In this document: piece after piece, positions 21,418-32,182 of the stretch
Layout: the number at the start of each line of letters is the position of its first letter
How positions within the stretch are numbered: position 1 is the stretch's first letter
Assembly: GCA_963827685.1 (NCBI GenBank)
Contig: CAWHBU010000001.1
Location: 363,680 to 427,679, forward strand
Source: an uncultured delta proteobacterium
GTDB lineage: Bacteria > Desulfobacterota > BSN033 > UBA1163
DNA: 64,000 bases
Reading direction: 5' to 3'
Position numbers and translations under genes: made by a program
Notes under the pieces: model-generated
Told to the model about the DNA's origin: nothing
The model's input: only the letters and a program-made list of their open reading frames with translations
The model's database searches: none

Positions 21418-22221
21418 CTATTTATCCTTTGCTCCTCCCTCTTCCTTCGAGACAGGAGCGTGAGAGACGGGTTCCTCTGGGGAGGAGGGTTCTGAGCTTT
21501 CTGTCACCTCTTCATACTCCGGGATGACAATCCCCCTTTCTATCATGATGCTGTAAATGACGTTCGACCGGTTGATCACATATCGCTGATCTCCAACCGG
21601 GTTGTATTTTCTTGGATTCGGCAGGACGGATGCCAGCCTGGCCGCCTCCTCAGGAGTCAGTTCAGAGGGAGGTTTCCCATAATAGTGCCTCGAAGCCGCG
21701 TCCACGCCGAATATCCCTTCTCCCCACTCCGCCACATTGAGATAAAGTTCAAGAATTCGTTTTTTGGATAGGACTTTCTCCATTCTCCAGGTGATGACGG
21801 CTTCGGAGATCTTCCTGATCAAGGACTTTTCAGGAGAAAGATAAAGATTTCTCGCCAACTGTTGGGTGATGGTACTTCCGCCGGACTTAAATTTCTTAGC
21901 TTTGAGATCCTTTTCGATGGCCTTCTGTATCGCCTCATAGTCAAAGCCTTCGTGTTTCCAAAATTTATCATCTTCTGCAATGAGGACAGCCTTGATGAGG
22001 TATGGGGATATTTTAGAAAGAGGCACCCAACTCTGATCCATCCTGTATCTTTTCTTCTTCTCTTTGTATGCCCTTTCTCGATACTCCATGAGTGCCGTCT
22101 TTTTTGGGTTCTCTTTTCTGAGTTTTGAAAGATCGGGCATCAAAAGAAGGTAGAGAAGAGAGAGAAAGCCGGCGATAAATAACGCAACAACTAGCCATTT
22201 CCAATGCCCTCTTTTGACCAT
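21418..22221 (-). CDS. mtgA: Monofunctional peptidoglycan transglycosylase
   Basis: AEDDKFW.H.GFD, GGSTITQQLARNL, RK..E, KKRILELYLN.AEWG. Confidence 0.93.
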   Translation of the reverse strand: MVKRGHWKWLVVALFIAGFLSLLYLLLMPDLSKLRKENPKKTALMEYRERAYKEKKKRYRMDQSWVPLSKISPYLIKAVLIAEDDKFWKHEGFDYEAIQKAIEKDLKAKKFKSGGSTITQQLARNLYLSPEKSLIRKISEAVITWRMEKVLSKKRILELYLNVAEWGEGIFGVDAASRHYYGKPPSELTPEEAARLASVLPNPRKYNPVGDQRYVINRSNVIYSIMIERGIVIPEYEEVTESSEPSSPEEPVSHAPVSKEEGGAKDK

Positions 22222-22239
22222 CTAACTCTCTTTATCGAT

Positions 22240-22365
22240 TACAAATCGCCAATTCCAAATTCCAGATGGATCCTGAGTTCCAATTTCAAATCGCCGAAGC
22301 AATTTCATTTCGGATTTGGAATTTGAGTATAGGAGTTTATTTGTTATTCGGTATTTGGTGCTTAA
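22240..22365. repeat. Degenerate ~7-bp repeat tract arranged as an inverted pair
   Basis: ccaattccaaattcca units on the left arm; ggatttggaatttg and ggtatttgg units on the right arm. Confidence 0.5.
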
Positions 22366-22446
22366 CCCGGAATTCCATATGATTGCGTGGATAGAGGTTA
22401 AGAAAAATCATCAGATCTTGGCTGTTCACATATGAGAACTGGGTTA

Positions 22447-23083
22447 TTATCCTCGGACAAACGGATTGTGTCGCCTCTCGTATTGGATGGTCGAAGTGGG
22501 TGCGGATCCGTAATTATGACCGGGGAAGACCACGGTCTCACCAGGTAAGACATAGAGTTTTTGCCGGACAGACGCCTCCAGTACATCCCATGAACTCCCC
22601 GGGAAATCGGTCCTCCCCACCGAGCCCACGAAGAGGGTGTCGCCTGTAAATACCATCCCATCTGAATAGAGGGACATTCCCCCCGGGGAATGTCCCGGCG
22701 TGTGGATCACTTTCAGTTTAACATGACCCACCTGAATGGCATCTTCCTCTTTGACCAGGATGTCGGCTTGAGGAGAGGGCGTGGCGCCGAACATCTCGAG
22801 AAGATAGGGAGGGACTCGAACCAGAGCCTCTTGCATCCTCTTCATGGATGATGATCTTGGCTCCGGTTTTTTGCACCATCTCGGCGTTCCCCATGATATG
22901 GTCCACATGAGAATGGGTGTTGACGATATATTTAATCTTATCTAAACCATGGGATTTCGCTTCCGCGAGAAGCCTCTTGGCATCATCCGCAGGATCAATG
23001 AACAAACCTTCCCGACTTTCCTCATCTCCAATCAGATAACAGAACACTGCAAAATTACCAACCTCATATTGCTTAACAACCAT
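22447..23083 (-). CDS. MBL-fold hydrolase (glyoxalase II-like); single-base frameshift near 22831
   Basis: THSHVDH in one frame; HTPGHSPG, FTGDTLF, PGH in the next frame. Confidence 0.85.
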
Positions 23084-23152
23084 CTTCTCCCTCCGCCTCA
23101 ACGCATCTCCCATTACTATAATTTATGGACTTCTGATCTTCAACTTTTTTTC

Positions 23153-23181
23153 TTGACAAATTTTTTTTGACCCCATACACT
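23153..23181 (+). promoter_or_regulatory. sigma70 promoter of the TetR/acyl-CoA operon
   Basis: TTGACA-17 nt-TACACT. Confidence 0.65.
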
Positions 23182-23197
23182 GATCACTACCGGTTAT

Positions 23198-23215
23198 ATA
23201 CTAACTGTTTAGTAT
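23198..23215. promoter_or_regulatory. Putative TetR operator
   Basis: Perfect palindrome ATACTAA-CTGT-TTAGTAT between the promoter and the tetR start. Confidence 0.65.
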
Positions 23216-23226
23216 GGAAAAAACGA

Positions 23227-23841
23227 ATGAAAAAACTTAACAACAAAAATCTCCAGTCCCAAGAGACCGCAAACCGGATCCTCAATCAGGCGGTGAGAAT
23301 ATTTTTGGAAAAGGGTTATCATGGGACTTCGATCGAGGATATTACTCGAGCAGCCAAGTTGACCAAGGGGGCTCTTTATTGGCATTTCAGAAGCAAAGAG
23401 GATCTGCTGAAAAAAATTGTCGAGGAATATGAAAAACGATTCTTGGACGGGATGATTCAAGCCGTGAATGAGGTGAAGGGAAGTATTCCTGATAAGATTG
23501 AGAAGTACTTTCGATACAATTCGGCTTTTGCTTACTACAATCGAGAATTATGCGTTTCCTTTGACACATTGGCCGCGGAACTGGTTGGAGCTCATCATGG
23601 AATAGAGGCCGAATTTAGAAGGATTTATAGAAAATATCAGAAATTTTTATCAAACTTAATTGTTCAAGGGAAAAAAGAGAAGGTTTTTAAGAGGGAAATG
23701 GATGAAGATCTCAGCGCTCTGGTCATTATCGCCTTCCATGTCGGGATCTTGCTCCAATGGTCTATGAATAAGGATGAGATTGACGGCGAGGCCTATGTGG
23801 ATACGTTTAAAAAAATCATGCTCAATGGCATGATGGCGTAG
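23227..23841 (+). CDS. TetR/AcrR transcriptional regulator
   Basis: KGYHGTSIEDI.RAAKLTKGALYWHF.SKEDL HTH. Confidence 0.95.
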   Translation: MKKLNNKNLQSQETANRILNQAVRIFLEKGYHGTSIEDITRAAKLTKGALYWHFRSKEDLLKKIVEEYEKRFLDGMIQAVNEVKGSIPDKIEKYFRYNSAFAYYNRELCVSFDTLAAELVGAHHGIEAEFRRIYRKYQKFLSNLIVQGKKEKVFKREMDEDLSALVIIAFHVGILLQWSMNKDEIDGEAYVDTFKKIMLNGMMA

Positions 23842-23856
23842 CTCAGGGAGGAAGGA

Positions 23857-25005
23857 ATGGATTTTGAACTGACGAATCGGCAAAAGCAGATCTGTCGGGC
23901 TGCTCGGGAGTTTGCGGAGGGGGAGTTTCCTGAGGTCGCTCGAGAATACGACCGCCGAGAGGAATTCCCACGAGACCTTTGGAAGAAGGCTTGCGAACTG
24001 GGCTTTATCGGCGTTTTTGTCAAGAAAGAATATGGAGGCCTCGGATTAGGCTTCCTTGAATTTGCCATGGTGATGGAAGAATTTTGGAGAGTGGATCCTG
24101 GCTGTGGGAATATTCTGCTCACAGCATTTGGCTCTGAATTGATTCAGCTTTATGGCACCGAGGATCAGAAAAAGAAGTACCTTCCTCCTCTCACCAGGGG
24201 AGAGGCGATTATGGGGACGGCCATTACAGAGCCTGATGCAGGGAGCGATATCCTCTCCATTTTGACCGCAGCAAGAAAAGATGGGAATGACTATGTGATC
24301 AACGGATCGAAGCAATTTATTACAAACGGAAGTATTGCCAGCCATATCGTGGTATTCTGTTTAACCGATACCGAAGCGGAATCGAGGCTCAAGAGGTTCG
24401 GAACGATCGTTGTGGAAACAGATCGTCCGGGATTCGGGGCGATGAAGTTAACCGGAAAGCTGGGGATCAGGGCCTCTGATACGGCAGAGATCAGGTTGAG
24501 CGATGTGAGGGTTCCGAAAGAGAACCTGATCGGTGGGAAAGAGGGAGAAGGTTTTTCTCAAATTATGCAGCTCTTTAACATCAATCGTGTCATTGCTGCC
24601 TCGCAGGGCGTGGGGGTGGCCCAAGGGGCGCTGGAGAAGGCGATCAAACATGTGAAGGAGAGAAAACAGTTCGGACAACCCATTGGTGCCTTTCAAGCCG
24701 TCCAATTTAAGATTGCGGAGATGGCGACATGGGTAGAGGCTGCAAGGGCTCTCACCTATAAAGCGGGATGGATGATTGATCACGGGAAGGTGGACCCCAA
24801 ACTGATTTCGATTGCTAAATATTTAGCTGGAGAGATTGGAGTCAAAGTGGCCAATGAGGCCCTTCAGCTCCACGGCGGATACGGGTATATCGCGGATTAT
24901 GATATTGAGCGTTTCTACAGGGACGCCAAGATCGTTGAGATCTACGAAGGGACGAAGGAGATCGAAAAAAACACCATCGCCCGGGAGCTATTGGGGAGGC
25001 TATAA
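23857..25005 (+). CDS. Acyl-CoA dehydrogenase
   Basis: AITEPDAGSD, NGSKQFITNG, RKQFG, HGGYGY, IYEGT. Confidence 0.97.
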   Translation: MDFELTNRQKQICRAAREFAEGEFPEVAREYDRREEFPRDLWKKACELGFIGVFVKKEYGGLGLGFLEFAMVMEEFWRVDPGCGNILLTAFGSELIQLYGTEDQKKKYLPPLTRGEAIMGTAITEPDAGSDILSILTAARKDGNDYVINGSKQFITNGSIASHIVVFCLTDTEAESRLKRFGTIVVETDRPGFGAMKLTGKLGIRASDTAEIRLSDVRVPKENLIGGKEGEGFSQIMQLFNINRVIAASQGVGVAQGALEKAIKHVKERKQFGQPIGAFQAVQFKIAEMATWVEAARALTYKAGWMIDHGKVDPKLISIAKYLAGEIGVKVANEALQLHGGYGYIADYDIERFYRDAKIVEIYEGTKEIEKNTIARELLGRL

Positions 25006-25076
25006 GAGAGTCACACCAAATCCCAGACTGCGGCAGTGTTTGGCATTTGACATTCTTTATTAAGGAGTTTGAAAGT

Positions 25077-26222
25077 ATGGACTTTGAGCTCACGGTGGAA
25101 CAGAAGGATATCAAAAAGGCGGCGCGAGAATTTGCAGAGGGAATGTTTCCAGAGGTTGCAGAAGAGTGTGACCTCCATGAAACATTTCCAAGAGCACTCT
25201 GGAAGAAGGCTTGTGACCTTGGATTCATTGGGGTCTTTATTGACGAAGCCTATGGAGGACCGGGCCTGGGTTTTCTGGAGCATGCCTTCATCGCTGAGGA
25301 GTTCGCCCGGGTGGATGCAGGCTGCGGGACTATCATCCATACGACCTTGGGTTCTGAATTTATTCTTTTGTTCGGTAGAGAAGAGCAGAAGAGGGAATAT
25401 CTGCCTCTCTTACCAAAGGGAGAAGCCATCATGGGAATGGCCATCACCGAACCGGACGCCGGAAGTGATGTGGCCTCCGTTTCTACCGTGGCTCGAAGAA
25501 TGAAGGATCTTTATGTGATCAGTGGGAATAAAATGTTTATTACGAATGGGAGCATTGCCGATTTCTTGGTCATCCTCTGCCTCACCAATGAAAATGAGGA
25601 AGTGAAGCCCAAACGCCATAGTGCCCTGATCGTCGAGAAAAGTCGAAAGGGATTTGAAACCAGTCAACTGAAGCGAAAATTAGGAATGCGGGCTTCGGAT
25701 ACGGCAGAACTCCATTTTTCAGATGTGGAGGTCCCTTTAGAGAATCTGGTAGGCGAAAAAGAAGGAGAGGGATTTCACCAGCTCATGGCTGTTTTCAATA
25801 GAACGCGAGTCACGGTGGCCTTCCAGGGGGTGGGGATTGCCCAGGGAGGATTGGAAAAGGCCATCCAATATTCAAAGCAGAGAAAACAGTTTGGAAGACC
25901 CTTAGGAAGTTTTCAAGGGATTCAGTTCAAATTGGCCGAGATGGCAAGCTTGGTCGAAGCCGCAAGAGCCCTTTGTTATCAGGCAGGCTGGATGGTGGAC
26001 CACGGAAAGATTGATCCCAAACTGATCTCGATGGCGAAATGGTTTTCGGGGGAGGCGGCTGTTAAAGTTATCGATGAGGTGGTTCAAATCCACGGCGGGT
26101 ACGGTTATCTTGGGGAGTACGGCATTGAACGGCTTTATCGAGACGCCAAACTCGTGGAGATCGTCGAAGGGACCAAGGAGATTGAAAAGTTAATCATCGC
26201 CCGAGAAATACTCGGGAGGTGA
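25077..26222 (+). CDS. Acyl-CoA dehydrogenase (tandem paralog)
   Basis: Same MDFELT N-terminus; AITEPDAGSD, HGGYGY, IVEGT. Confidence 0.97.
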   Translation: MDFELTVEQKDIKKAAREFAEGMFPEVAEECDLHETFPRALWKKACDLGFIGVFIDEAYGGPGLGFLEHAFIAEEFARVDAGCGTIIHTTLGSEFILLFGREEQKREYLPLLPKGEAIMGMAITEPDAGSDVASVSTVARRMKDLYVISGNKMFITNGSIADFLVILCLTNENEEVKPKRHSALIVEKSRKGFETSQLKRKLGMRASDTAELHFSDVEVPLENLVGEKEGEGFHQLMAVFNRTRVTVAFQGVGIAQGGLEKAIQYSKQRKQFGRPLGSFQGIQFKLAEMASLVEAARALCYQAGWMVDHGKIDPKLISMAKWFSGEAAVKVIDEVVQIHGGYGYLGEYGIERLYRDAKLVEIVEGTKEIEKLIIAREILGR

Positions 26223-26268
26223 CGAATTCCTGTGCTGCACGGGTTAGAGGTTCCACAGAGAGGGCCTA

Positions 26269-27072
26269 ATGATTCGAAAGGAAAAGCCCGTTTTTAAAAA
26301 AATCATCTTTGAAAAAGAAGAAGGGATTGCAGTGATTCGATTCAATCGGCCTGAGGTGATGAATGCATTTGATATGGAAACGGTGGAGGAGTTGATCAAG
26401 GCAATCGGTCGTATTCGGAATGACGATGATACGAAAGTTCTAATTATTACAGGAAGTGGGAAAGCCTTCTGCGTTGGAGTCGATATAACAACCATAAAAG
26501 GAATCCATACGGATCAAGGGACCAAATTCCTAAAAAGGGGCCATCAGATCATCTTGAATTTAGTCACCCTTGAAAAACCCATTATTGCCGCCATTAATGG
26601 TTATGCGTTCGGAGCCGGCTGGAACCTTGCGTTGGCTTCCGACATTATCATCGCATCAGACGATGCGAAGTTTTCTCAATCTTTCGTCAAAATCGGATTA
26701 GTGTCAGATATGGGAGGGATGTATTTTTTGCCAAGATCCGTTAGTTTAAACAAGGCCAAGGAATTGATGTTTGTCGGCGAGACGATAGATGCAAAAGAAG
26801 CTGAAAGAATCGGGATGGTAAATAGAGTGGTTCCCAAAGATGGCCTGGAAAGGGTTGCAAAGGAGTTGGCAAAAAAAATAGCTCTGGGGCCATTAGAACC
26901 CATCGGATTGATGAAAAAGATATTAAATCAATCTGCTTATCTCGATCTCCCCTCTTTGCTGGAATTGGAAGCTCAGGCTCAGGAAATATGTTCTCAGACA
27001 GACGATCATAAAAGAAGGATAGAGGCATTTTTGGAAAGAAGAAGAAAAACTTTAAAGAAAGTCAAAAGGTGA
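26269..27072 (+). CDS. Crotonase-family enoyl-CoA hydratase/isomerase
   Basis: NRPEVMNA, AFCVGVD, AAINGYAFGAG, GLVSDMGG. Confidence 0.93.
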   Translation: MIRKEKPVFKKIIFEKEEGIAVIRFNRPEVMNAFDMETVEELIKAIGRIRNDDDTKVLIITGSGKAFCVGVDITTIKGIHTDQGTKFLKRGHQIILNLVTLEKPIIAAINGYAFGAGWNLALASDIIIASDDAKFSQSFVKIGLVSDMGGMYFLPRSVSLNKAKELMFVGETIDAKEAERIGMVNRVVPKDGLERVAKELAKKIALGPLEPIGLMKKILNQSAYLDLPSLLELEAQAQEICSQTDDHKRRIEAFLERRRKTLKKVKR

Positions 27073-27077
27073 AAAGG

Positions 27078-28253
27078 ATGAGAGAAGTTGTGATTGTAAG
27101 TGCCACGAGGACACCCATCGGAGACTTTGGCGGGTCATTAAAAGATGTCTCTGCAACTTCTTTGACGATGGCGGTCATTGAGTCCTCTATCCAGAGGGTT
27201 GATATCGAAAAGAGGTTAGTGGATCAGGTGATCATGGGAAACTGTTTTGAGCCCCTGGATCAGAATGTGGCGAGGATCGCCGCGGTCAAAAGCGGTCTTC
27301 CCCTTGAAACGCCTGGCTTCACCATTGTGGTCAACTGCGCGTCCGCAATGCAGGCAATCATCTGCGGTACTCAAGCTATTCGAGACGGTGATGTGGATGC
27401 GGTCATCGCCGGCGGAGTCGAAAGCATGAGCAATGCTCCTTATATATTAACGACGACCCGTTGGGGTCAGCGTCTTCAGCATGGACAATTGATTGATATG
27501 CTATGGAGAGCCATGCAGGAGTACCCTATTGGGGCAGGGATGGGGTTGACAGCGGAGAATCTGGCAGAAAGGTATGACATTTCGAGAGAAGAACAAGATA
27601 AGTTTTCATTGTTAAGCCAACAAAGGGCTTGTAAGGCCGTTCAAGAAGGAAGATTTAAGGACGAGATTACGCCTGTCTCGATTCCTCAGAAAAAGGGAGA
27701 GGCGAAAATTGTCGATACGGATGAACATCCAAGACCTGATGTGACCTTGGAGAAGTTGGCTAAGTTGCCCCCCGCCTTTAAAAAAGATGGGACCGTAACA
27801 GCAGGCAATTCATCGGGGCTCAATGATGCGGCAGCCGTGACGGTTCTCATGTCTAAAGAAAAAGCGAAAGAGGTGGGGCTAATGCCACTGGCCAAAATAT
27901 TGGGTTATGCGATCGTGGGTGTGGATCCATCCTATATGGGTATCGGGCCTGTTCCAGCAACCAAGAAAGTATTGAGCAAAACGGGTCTTTCTCTCAAGGA
28001 TATCCAGCTTATCGAGATCAATGAGGCTTTTGCCGCCCAGTATTTATCCTGCGAAAGAGAGTTAGGTTTCAACAGGGATATTGTCAATGTCAATGGCAGT
28101 GGGATTGCCTTGGGCCATCCTGTAGGGGCAACAGGATGTCGTCTGGTGGTGACCCTGATTCATGAGATGGCAAAGAGAAATCTAACCTTGGGCCTTGCCA
28201 CCCTTTGCGTCGGAGGGGGGTTGGGCTTCGCCGTGGTCATTGAGAGGGGGTGA
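27078..28253 (+). CDS. Acetyl-CoA C-acyltransferase (thiolase)
   Basis: RTPIG, NCASA, NEAFAAQ, GHPVGATG, LCVGGG. Start GTG 27069 or ATG 27078. Confidence 0.96.
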   Translation: MREVVIVSATRTPIGDFGGSLKDVSATSLTMAVIESSIQRVDIEKRLVDQVIMGNCFEPLDQNVARIAAVKSGLPLETPGFTIVVNCASAMQAIICGTQAIRDGDVDAVIAGGVESMSNAPYILTTTRWGQRLQHGQLIDMLWRAMQEYPIGAGMGLTAENLAERYDISREEQDKFSLLSQQRACKAVQEGRFKDEITPVSIPQKKGEAKIVDTDEHPRPDVTLEKLAKLPPAFKKDGTVTAGNSSGLNDAAAVTVLMSKEKAKEVGLMPLAKILGYAIVGVDPSYMGIGPVPATKKVLSKTGLSLKDIQLIEINEAFAAQYLSCERELGFNRDIVNVNGSGIALGHPVGATGCRLVVTLIHEMAKRNLTLGLATLCVGGGLGFAVVIERG

Positions 28254-28326
28254 TAGGAGCAATCTTAAAAAGGAAAGATCGCGTGATCGCTTAGCTCAGT
28301 CATTCTATTTTGAAAGGAGGCTCCGT

Positions 28327-29586
28327 ATGAAAAAAAGGGTCAAAAGAGAGGTTAATCGGCGAGAATTTATAAAAGGAATGGGCGCATTGGGGGCCGCTGT
28401 TACTTTCTCTGGGTTTCCTCGCTTAGCCCATTCTGCAGAAGAAGTAAAATTTGGTGTAGTTGAACCTTTAACCGGTCCTCTCGCTCCCCTGGGTTTGAGT
28501 GATCGAAGAGGCTATGAACAGGCAGTGGATGAGATCAACGCTGCCGGTGGAATCAAATCATTGGGGGGTGCGAAGTTAAGTATGATGCTTGGGGATAGCG
28601 AAGGAAAACCGGAGGTAGGAATGGCAGAGACGGAAAAACAGATTCAAAAAGGTGCCGTTACCATCTTTGGAGCTTTTCAAAGTGCTGTCGTTTTCGCCAC
28701 CACCCAGGTAGCTGAAAAGTTTAAAACCCCGTTCATCGTAGGGATTGGCGTGGCTGAAGCGATCACACAGCGTGGATTCAAGTATACCTTTAGACCTATT
28801 GCTACCGATGCGTGGCATATTCGGGATGAATATGAGTATTTGGCCTATATTCAGAAAAAAAAGGGGATCAAGATAAAGAATATTGGGATATATTATGACG
28901 ATACCCTTTGGGGTCAATCCAGTGCAAAAGCCTGGAAAAAATTGGCAGCGGAGAAAGGGTATTCCATTGTAGCCGATCTCCCTTATCCTCACGCCACCTC
29001 AGACATGACGGGTGTGATTTCAAAACTAAAGGCCGCTAATCCCGATGTGGCCTTAACCGTTGCCTACATTTCTGACGCCATTCTCGCGACAAGAACGATG
29101 AAGGATTTTGACTTCAACACACAGGCCATCATTGGCATGGGTGGAGGACATCAAGATAATGCCTACATTCAGGCATTAGGGAAATTGGCAGAATACGTCT
29201 CCGTGTCTGAGAACTGGGAAAATGACCTAAAGATTCCTGGGGTGAAAGAGGCCAATGAGAATTTTCTTAAGAGGAACGGAGTGGAGATGGACTGTGTTGC
29301 CTCTATGTGCTACACGTGTGTTTATGTGCTGAAGGATGCCCTTGAGAGAGCAGGATCAACGGATCGTGAAAAAATACGGGAAGCGCTTACGAAGACCAAT
29401 TTGAAGCCAGGAGAAAAAGGGAACATCCAACCTTGCGCCATTATCTTTGGCGAGGACGGGCAGAATAAAGATGCGAGAACGGTTATTGCTCAGATTCAAA
29501 ATGGCAAACGTCGTTCGATTTTCCCCGAGGAGTATGCTGCCAGCAAACCCATTTGGCCGATGCCCAAGTGGAAAGATCGCAAATGA
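28327..29586 (+). CDS. Liv-type ABC transporter substrate-binding protein with Tat signal
   Basis: NRREFIK twin-arginine motif, PLTGPLA, EINAAGGIKSLGG; SD AAGGAGG. Confidence 0.93.
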   Translation: MKKRVKREVNRREFIKGMGALGAAVTFSGFPRLAHSAEEVKFGVVEPLTGPLAPLGLSDRRGYEQAVDEINAAGGIKSLGGAKLSMMLGDSEGKPEVGMAETEKQIQKGAVTIFGAFQSAVVFATTQVAEKFKTPFIVGIGVAEAITQRGFKYTFRPIATDAWHIRDEYEYLAYIQKKKGIKIKNIGIYYDDTLWGQSSAKAWKKLAAEKGYSIVADLPYPHATSDMTGVISKLKAANPDVALTVAYISDAILATRTMKDFDFNTQAIIGMGGGHQDNAYIQALGKLAEYVSVSENWENDLKIPGVKEANENFLKRNGVEMDCVASMCYTCVYVLKDALERAGSTDREKIREALTKTNLKPGEKGNIQPCAIIFGEDGQNKDARTVIAQIQNGKRRSIFPEEYAASKPIWPMPKWKDRK

Positions 29587-29617
29587 CCTTATTTGACAAG
29601 CCGCAGAAAGGGTAGGG

Positions 29618-30490
29618 ATGGATAGTAGCATTTTGCTCCAAGCCATCATCAGCGGACTTCTCATGGGGGGAGTCTATGCTTTGGTCGCAGTCAGTCTGAA
29701 CCTGATCTTTGGGGTGATGAAGATCATCAATTTTGCCCATGGCGCTTTTATGATGCTTGGCATGTATTTCACTTATTGGGTTTCGATCTTTTTGGATATC
29801 CATCCCTATCTTTCACTATTCATAAGTATGTCTGCTCTCTTCGTAATTGGCTTCCTTATCCAATATGGTCTGATCAATCGAATCATGGAAGCCCCTGAAC
29901 ACAATCAACTTCTTTTAACCTTAGGGATCGCCCTTTTCCTTGAGAACTTGGCTCTATTCCTATGGAGCCCGAACTATCGGATGTTACAGGTGACTACCTT
30001 AGCAGGAGCCATGCATACACACAAGTTGATGTTCAGTACGCCTCGGATGATCGCTTTTGGGGCCGCTCTTGCCATGACCTTACTGCTCTACCTCTTCTTG
30101 ACCAAAACCGATTCTGGAAAAGCAATTCGGGCTATTTCCCAGGATCGGGAGGGAGCACATGTGATTGGAATCAATATGAAGATTATATATTCCGTTGCTT
30201 TTGGAATCGGATCGGCCTGTGTCGCTGCTGCAGGCACCATGATCACCCCTTTTTTCTATATCACCCCTACGGTGGGATTGGTCTTCGTCATCACAGCATT
30301 TGTCATTGTGGTCCTGGGTGGGCTGGGAAGTTTCTGGGGAGCATTTTTTGGAGCCCTGATCGTGGGAATCGCAGAATCTTTGGGAGAAGTTCTGCTCCCG
30401 GGCTCCTTGAAGCAAGTGCCCATCTATTCCATCTTCATCCTCACTCTTCTGCTCAGACCAAAAGGGTTGTTCGGGAAAAAGCATGTCTAA
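29618..30490 (+). CDS. livH: Liv-type ABC permease (LivH-like)
   Basis: GVMKIINFAHG, GKAIRA, VVLGGLGS, LRPKGLFG. Confidence 0.9.
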   Translation: MDSSILLQAIISGLLMGGVYALVAVSLNLIFGVMKIINFAHGAFMMLGMYFTYWVSIFLDIHPYLSLFISMSALFVIGFLIQYGLINRIMEAPEHNQLLLTLGIALFLENLALFLWSPNYRMLQVTTLAGAMHTHKLMFSTPRMIAFGAALAMTLLLYLFLTKTDSGKAIRAISQDREGAHVIGINMKIIYSVAFGIGSACVAAAGTMITPFFYITPTVGLVFVITAFVIVVLGGLGSFWGAFFGALIVGIAESLGEVLLPGSLKQVPIYSIFILTLLLRPKGLFGKKHV

Positions 30491-31469
30491 GAACGGAATT
30501 CCAAAGATACTTTTCTTTTGGTTCGGCCTTATTTTGATCGCCGTCATGCTGCCCTTTCTACTCCCCTCCTATTTCGTCCACGTTCTCATTATGATTCTCT
30601 TCTACGGATATTTGGGAACGAGTTGGAACATCTTGGGAGGATATGCTGGCCAATTTTCTTTCGGACACGCTGCTTTCTTTGGAATAGGCGCTTATACTTC
30701 AACATTAATTTTTGTGAATTGGGGCATTAGTCCATGGATTGGAATGGTTTTCGGTGGCCTTCTTGGAATGCTATTAGGGCTGTTGATCGGCTCTCTTTGC
30801 TTCCATTACGGGCTGAGAGGTCCTTACTTTGCCTTGGCGACGTTGGCCTTCGCTGAATTGTTGCGTTTGGTCTCTCTCAATCTGGATCTGACCGGGAAGG
30901 CGATGGGCATCCTCATTCCACTTAAAGGGAATGCTCCCCTCTCTTTTCAGCATGAATCAAAGATTTTCTACTATTTTGTGATCTTACTGATGTTGATCGG
31001 TGCCCTTTGGGTGACGCGACGTATTGACGGAGGAAAGATCGGCGACTATCTTGCTGCCATCCGGGAGGACGAAGATTCAGCCGAGGCTATAGGGGTGAAT
31101 ACATTTTCATACAAACTTTTGGCGATTTTGATCAGTGGCTTTCTCACAGCCCTTGGAGGAACCTTCTATGTCCAGTATTTTCTTTACATCGACCCGGCTA
31201 TCACCTTCGGTATCGACAACTCTATCGAAATTTTTTTAAGGCCCATTGTCGGAGGCATGGGGACTGTGTATGGTCCCATCGTCGGAGCATTTGTCTTAGG
31301 TCCTTTGGGCGAAGTGACACGAGGGATATTGGGTGGTTATCACGGGGTCCATCTCATGATTTACGGAGCCATTTTGGTTAGTGTTATTATTTTCCTTCCC
31401 AAAGGGATCTATGGATGGTTTATAAGCTTAAGAAAAAGGGATAAGGACGAAAAGTTATGTCATCCTTAA
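30483..31469 (+). CDS. livM: Liv-type ABC permease (LivM-like)
   Basis: WNILGGYAGQFSFGHAAFFG, AIREDE..A, GGMGT..GP. Confidence 0.9.
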   Translation: MSKNGIPKILFFWFGLILIAVMLPFLLPSYFVHVLIMILFYGYLGTSWNILGGYAGQFSFGHAAFFGIGAYTSTLIFVNWGISPWIGMVFGGLLGMLLGLLIGSLCFHYGLRGPYFALATLAFAELLRLVSLNLDLTGKAMGILIPLKGNAPLSFQHESKIFYYFVILLMLIGALWVTRRIDGGKIGDYLAAIREDEDSAEAIGVNTFSYKLLAILISGFLTALGGTFYVQYFLYIDPAITFGIDNSIEIFLRPIVGGMGTVYGPIVGAFVLGPLGEVTRGILGGYHGVHLMIYGAILVSVIIFLPKGIYGWFISLRKRDKDEKLCHP

Positions 31470-32182
31470 AGATAGAAAATCTGTCCAAGTCATTCGGTGG
31501 TTTGACAGCGGTCAATGGCGTGACATTCCAAGTCCAAGAAGGGGAGATTCTGGGTTTAATCGGTCCAAACGGATCAGGCAAAACCACCATATTCAATCTC
31601 ATTTCCGGGTTTCTCATTCCTGATAGAGGAAACATTCATTTAGGAGAGGAGAGTTTAGTAGGCCTCAAACCCCATCAGATTTGCAAGAGAGGAATTGGTA
31701 GAACATTTCAGATTGTCAAACCCTTTTCTAATCTCAGTGTGATGAGGAATGTAAGAGCTGCGGTTTTCAATCGGGAGAGGGAGATCTCCGGGGCAAACCG
31801 TCAATCTGAGAAGTTACTTGAATTTATGGGCCTATGGTCAAAAAGGGATGAGCCGGCCACTAGTCTGACGCTCATGGAACGAAAACGCTTAGAATTGGCG
31901 AGGAGTTTGGCCACCCAACCTAAATTTCTCCTACTGGACGAGGTGATGGCTGGTCTGACCCCGGTCGAACAACAGCAGATGATTGAGCTAGTTGAAAAGA
32001 TTAGGGAGGGGGGAATCACAATCATCGTGATTGAGCACACCATGCGAATCATCATGACCCTATCGGAACGAATAGTAGTCTTATGCTTTGGAGAAATTAT
32101 TGCGCAGGGCATACCTCGAGAGGTAGCCCAAGATCCACATGTCATCAAATCCTATTTAGGGGAGAAATATAGCTTTGCTTGA
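31457..32182 (+). CDS. livG: Liv-type ABC ATP-binding protein (LivG-like)
   Basis: FGGLTAV, GPNGSGKTT, RTFQ, LLDE, IEH. Confidence 0.92.
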   Translation: MSSLKIENLSKSFGGLTAVNGVTFQVQEGEILGLIGPNGSGKTTIFNLISGFLIPDRGNIHLGEESLVGLKPHQICKRGIGRTFQIVKPFSNLSVMRNVRAAVFNREREISGANRQSEKLLEFMGLWSKRDEPATSLTLMERKRLELARSLATQPKFLLLDEVMAGLTPVEQQQMIELVEKIREGGITIIVIEHTMRIIMTLSERIVVLCFGEIIAQGIPREVAQDPHVIKSYLGEKYSFA

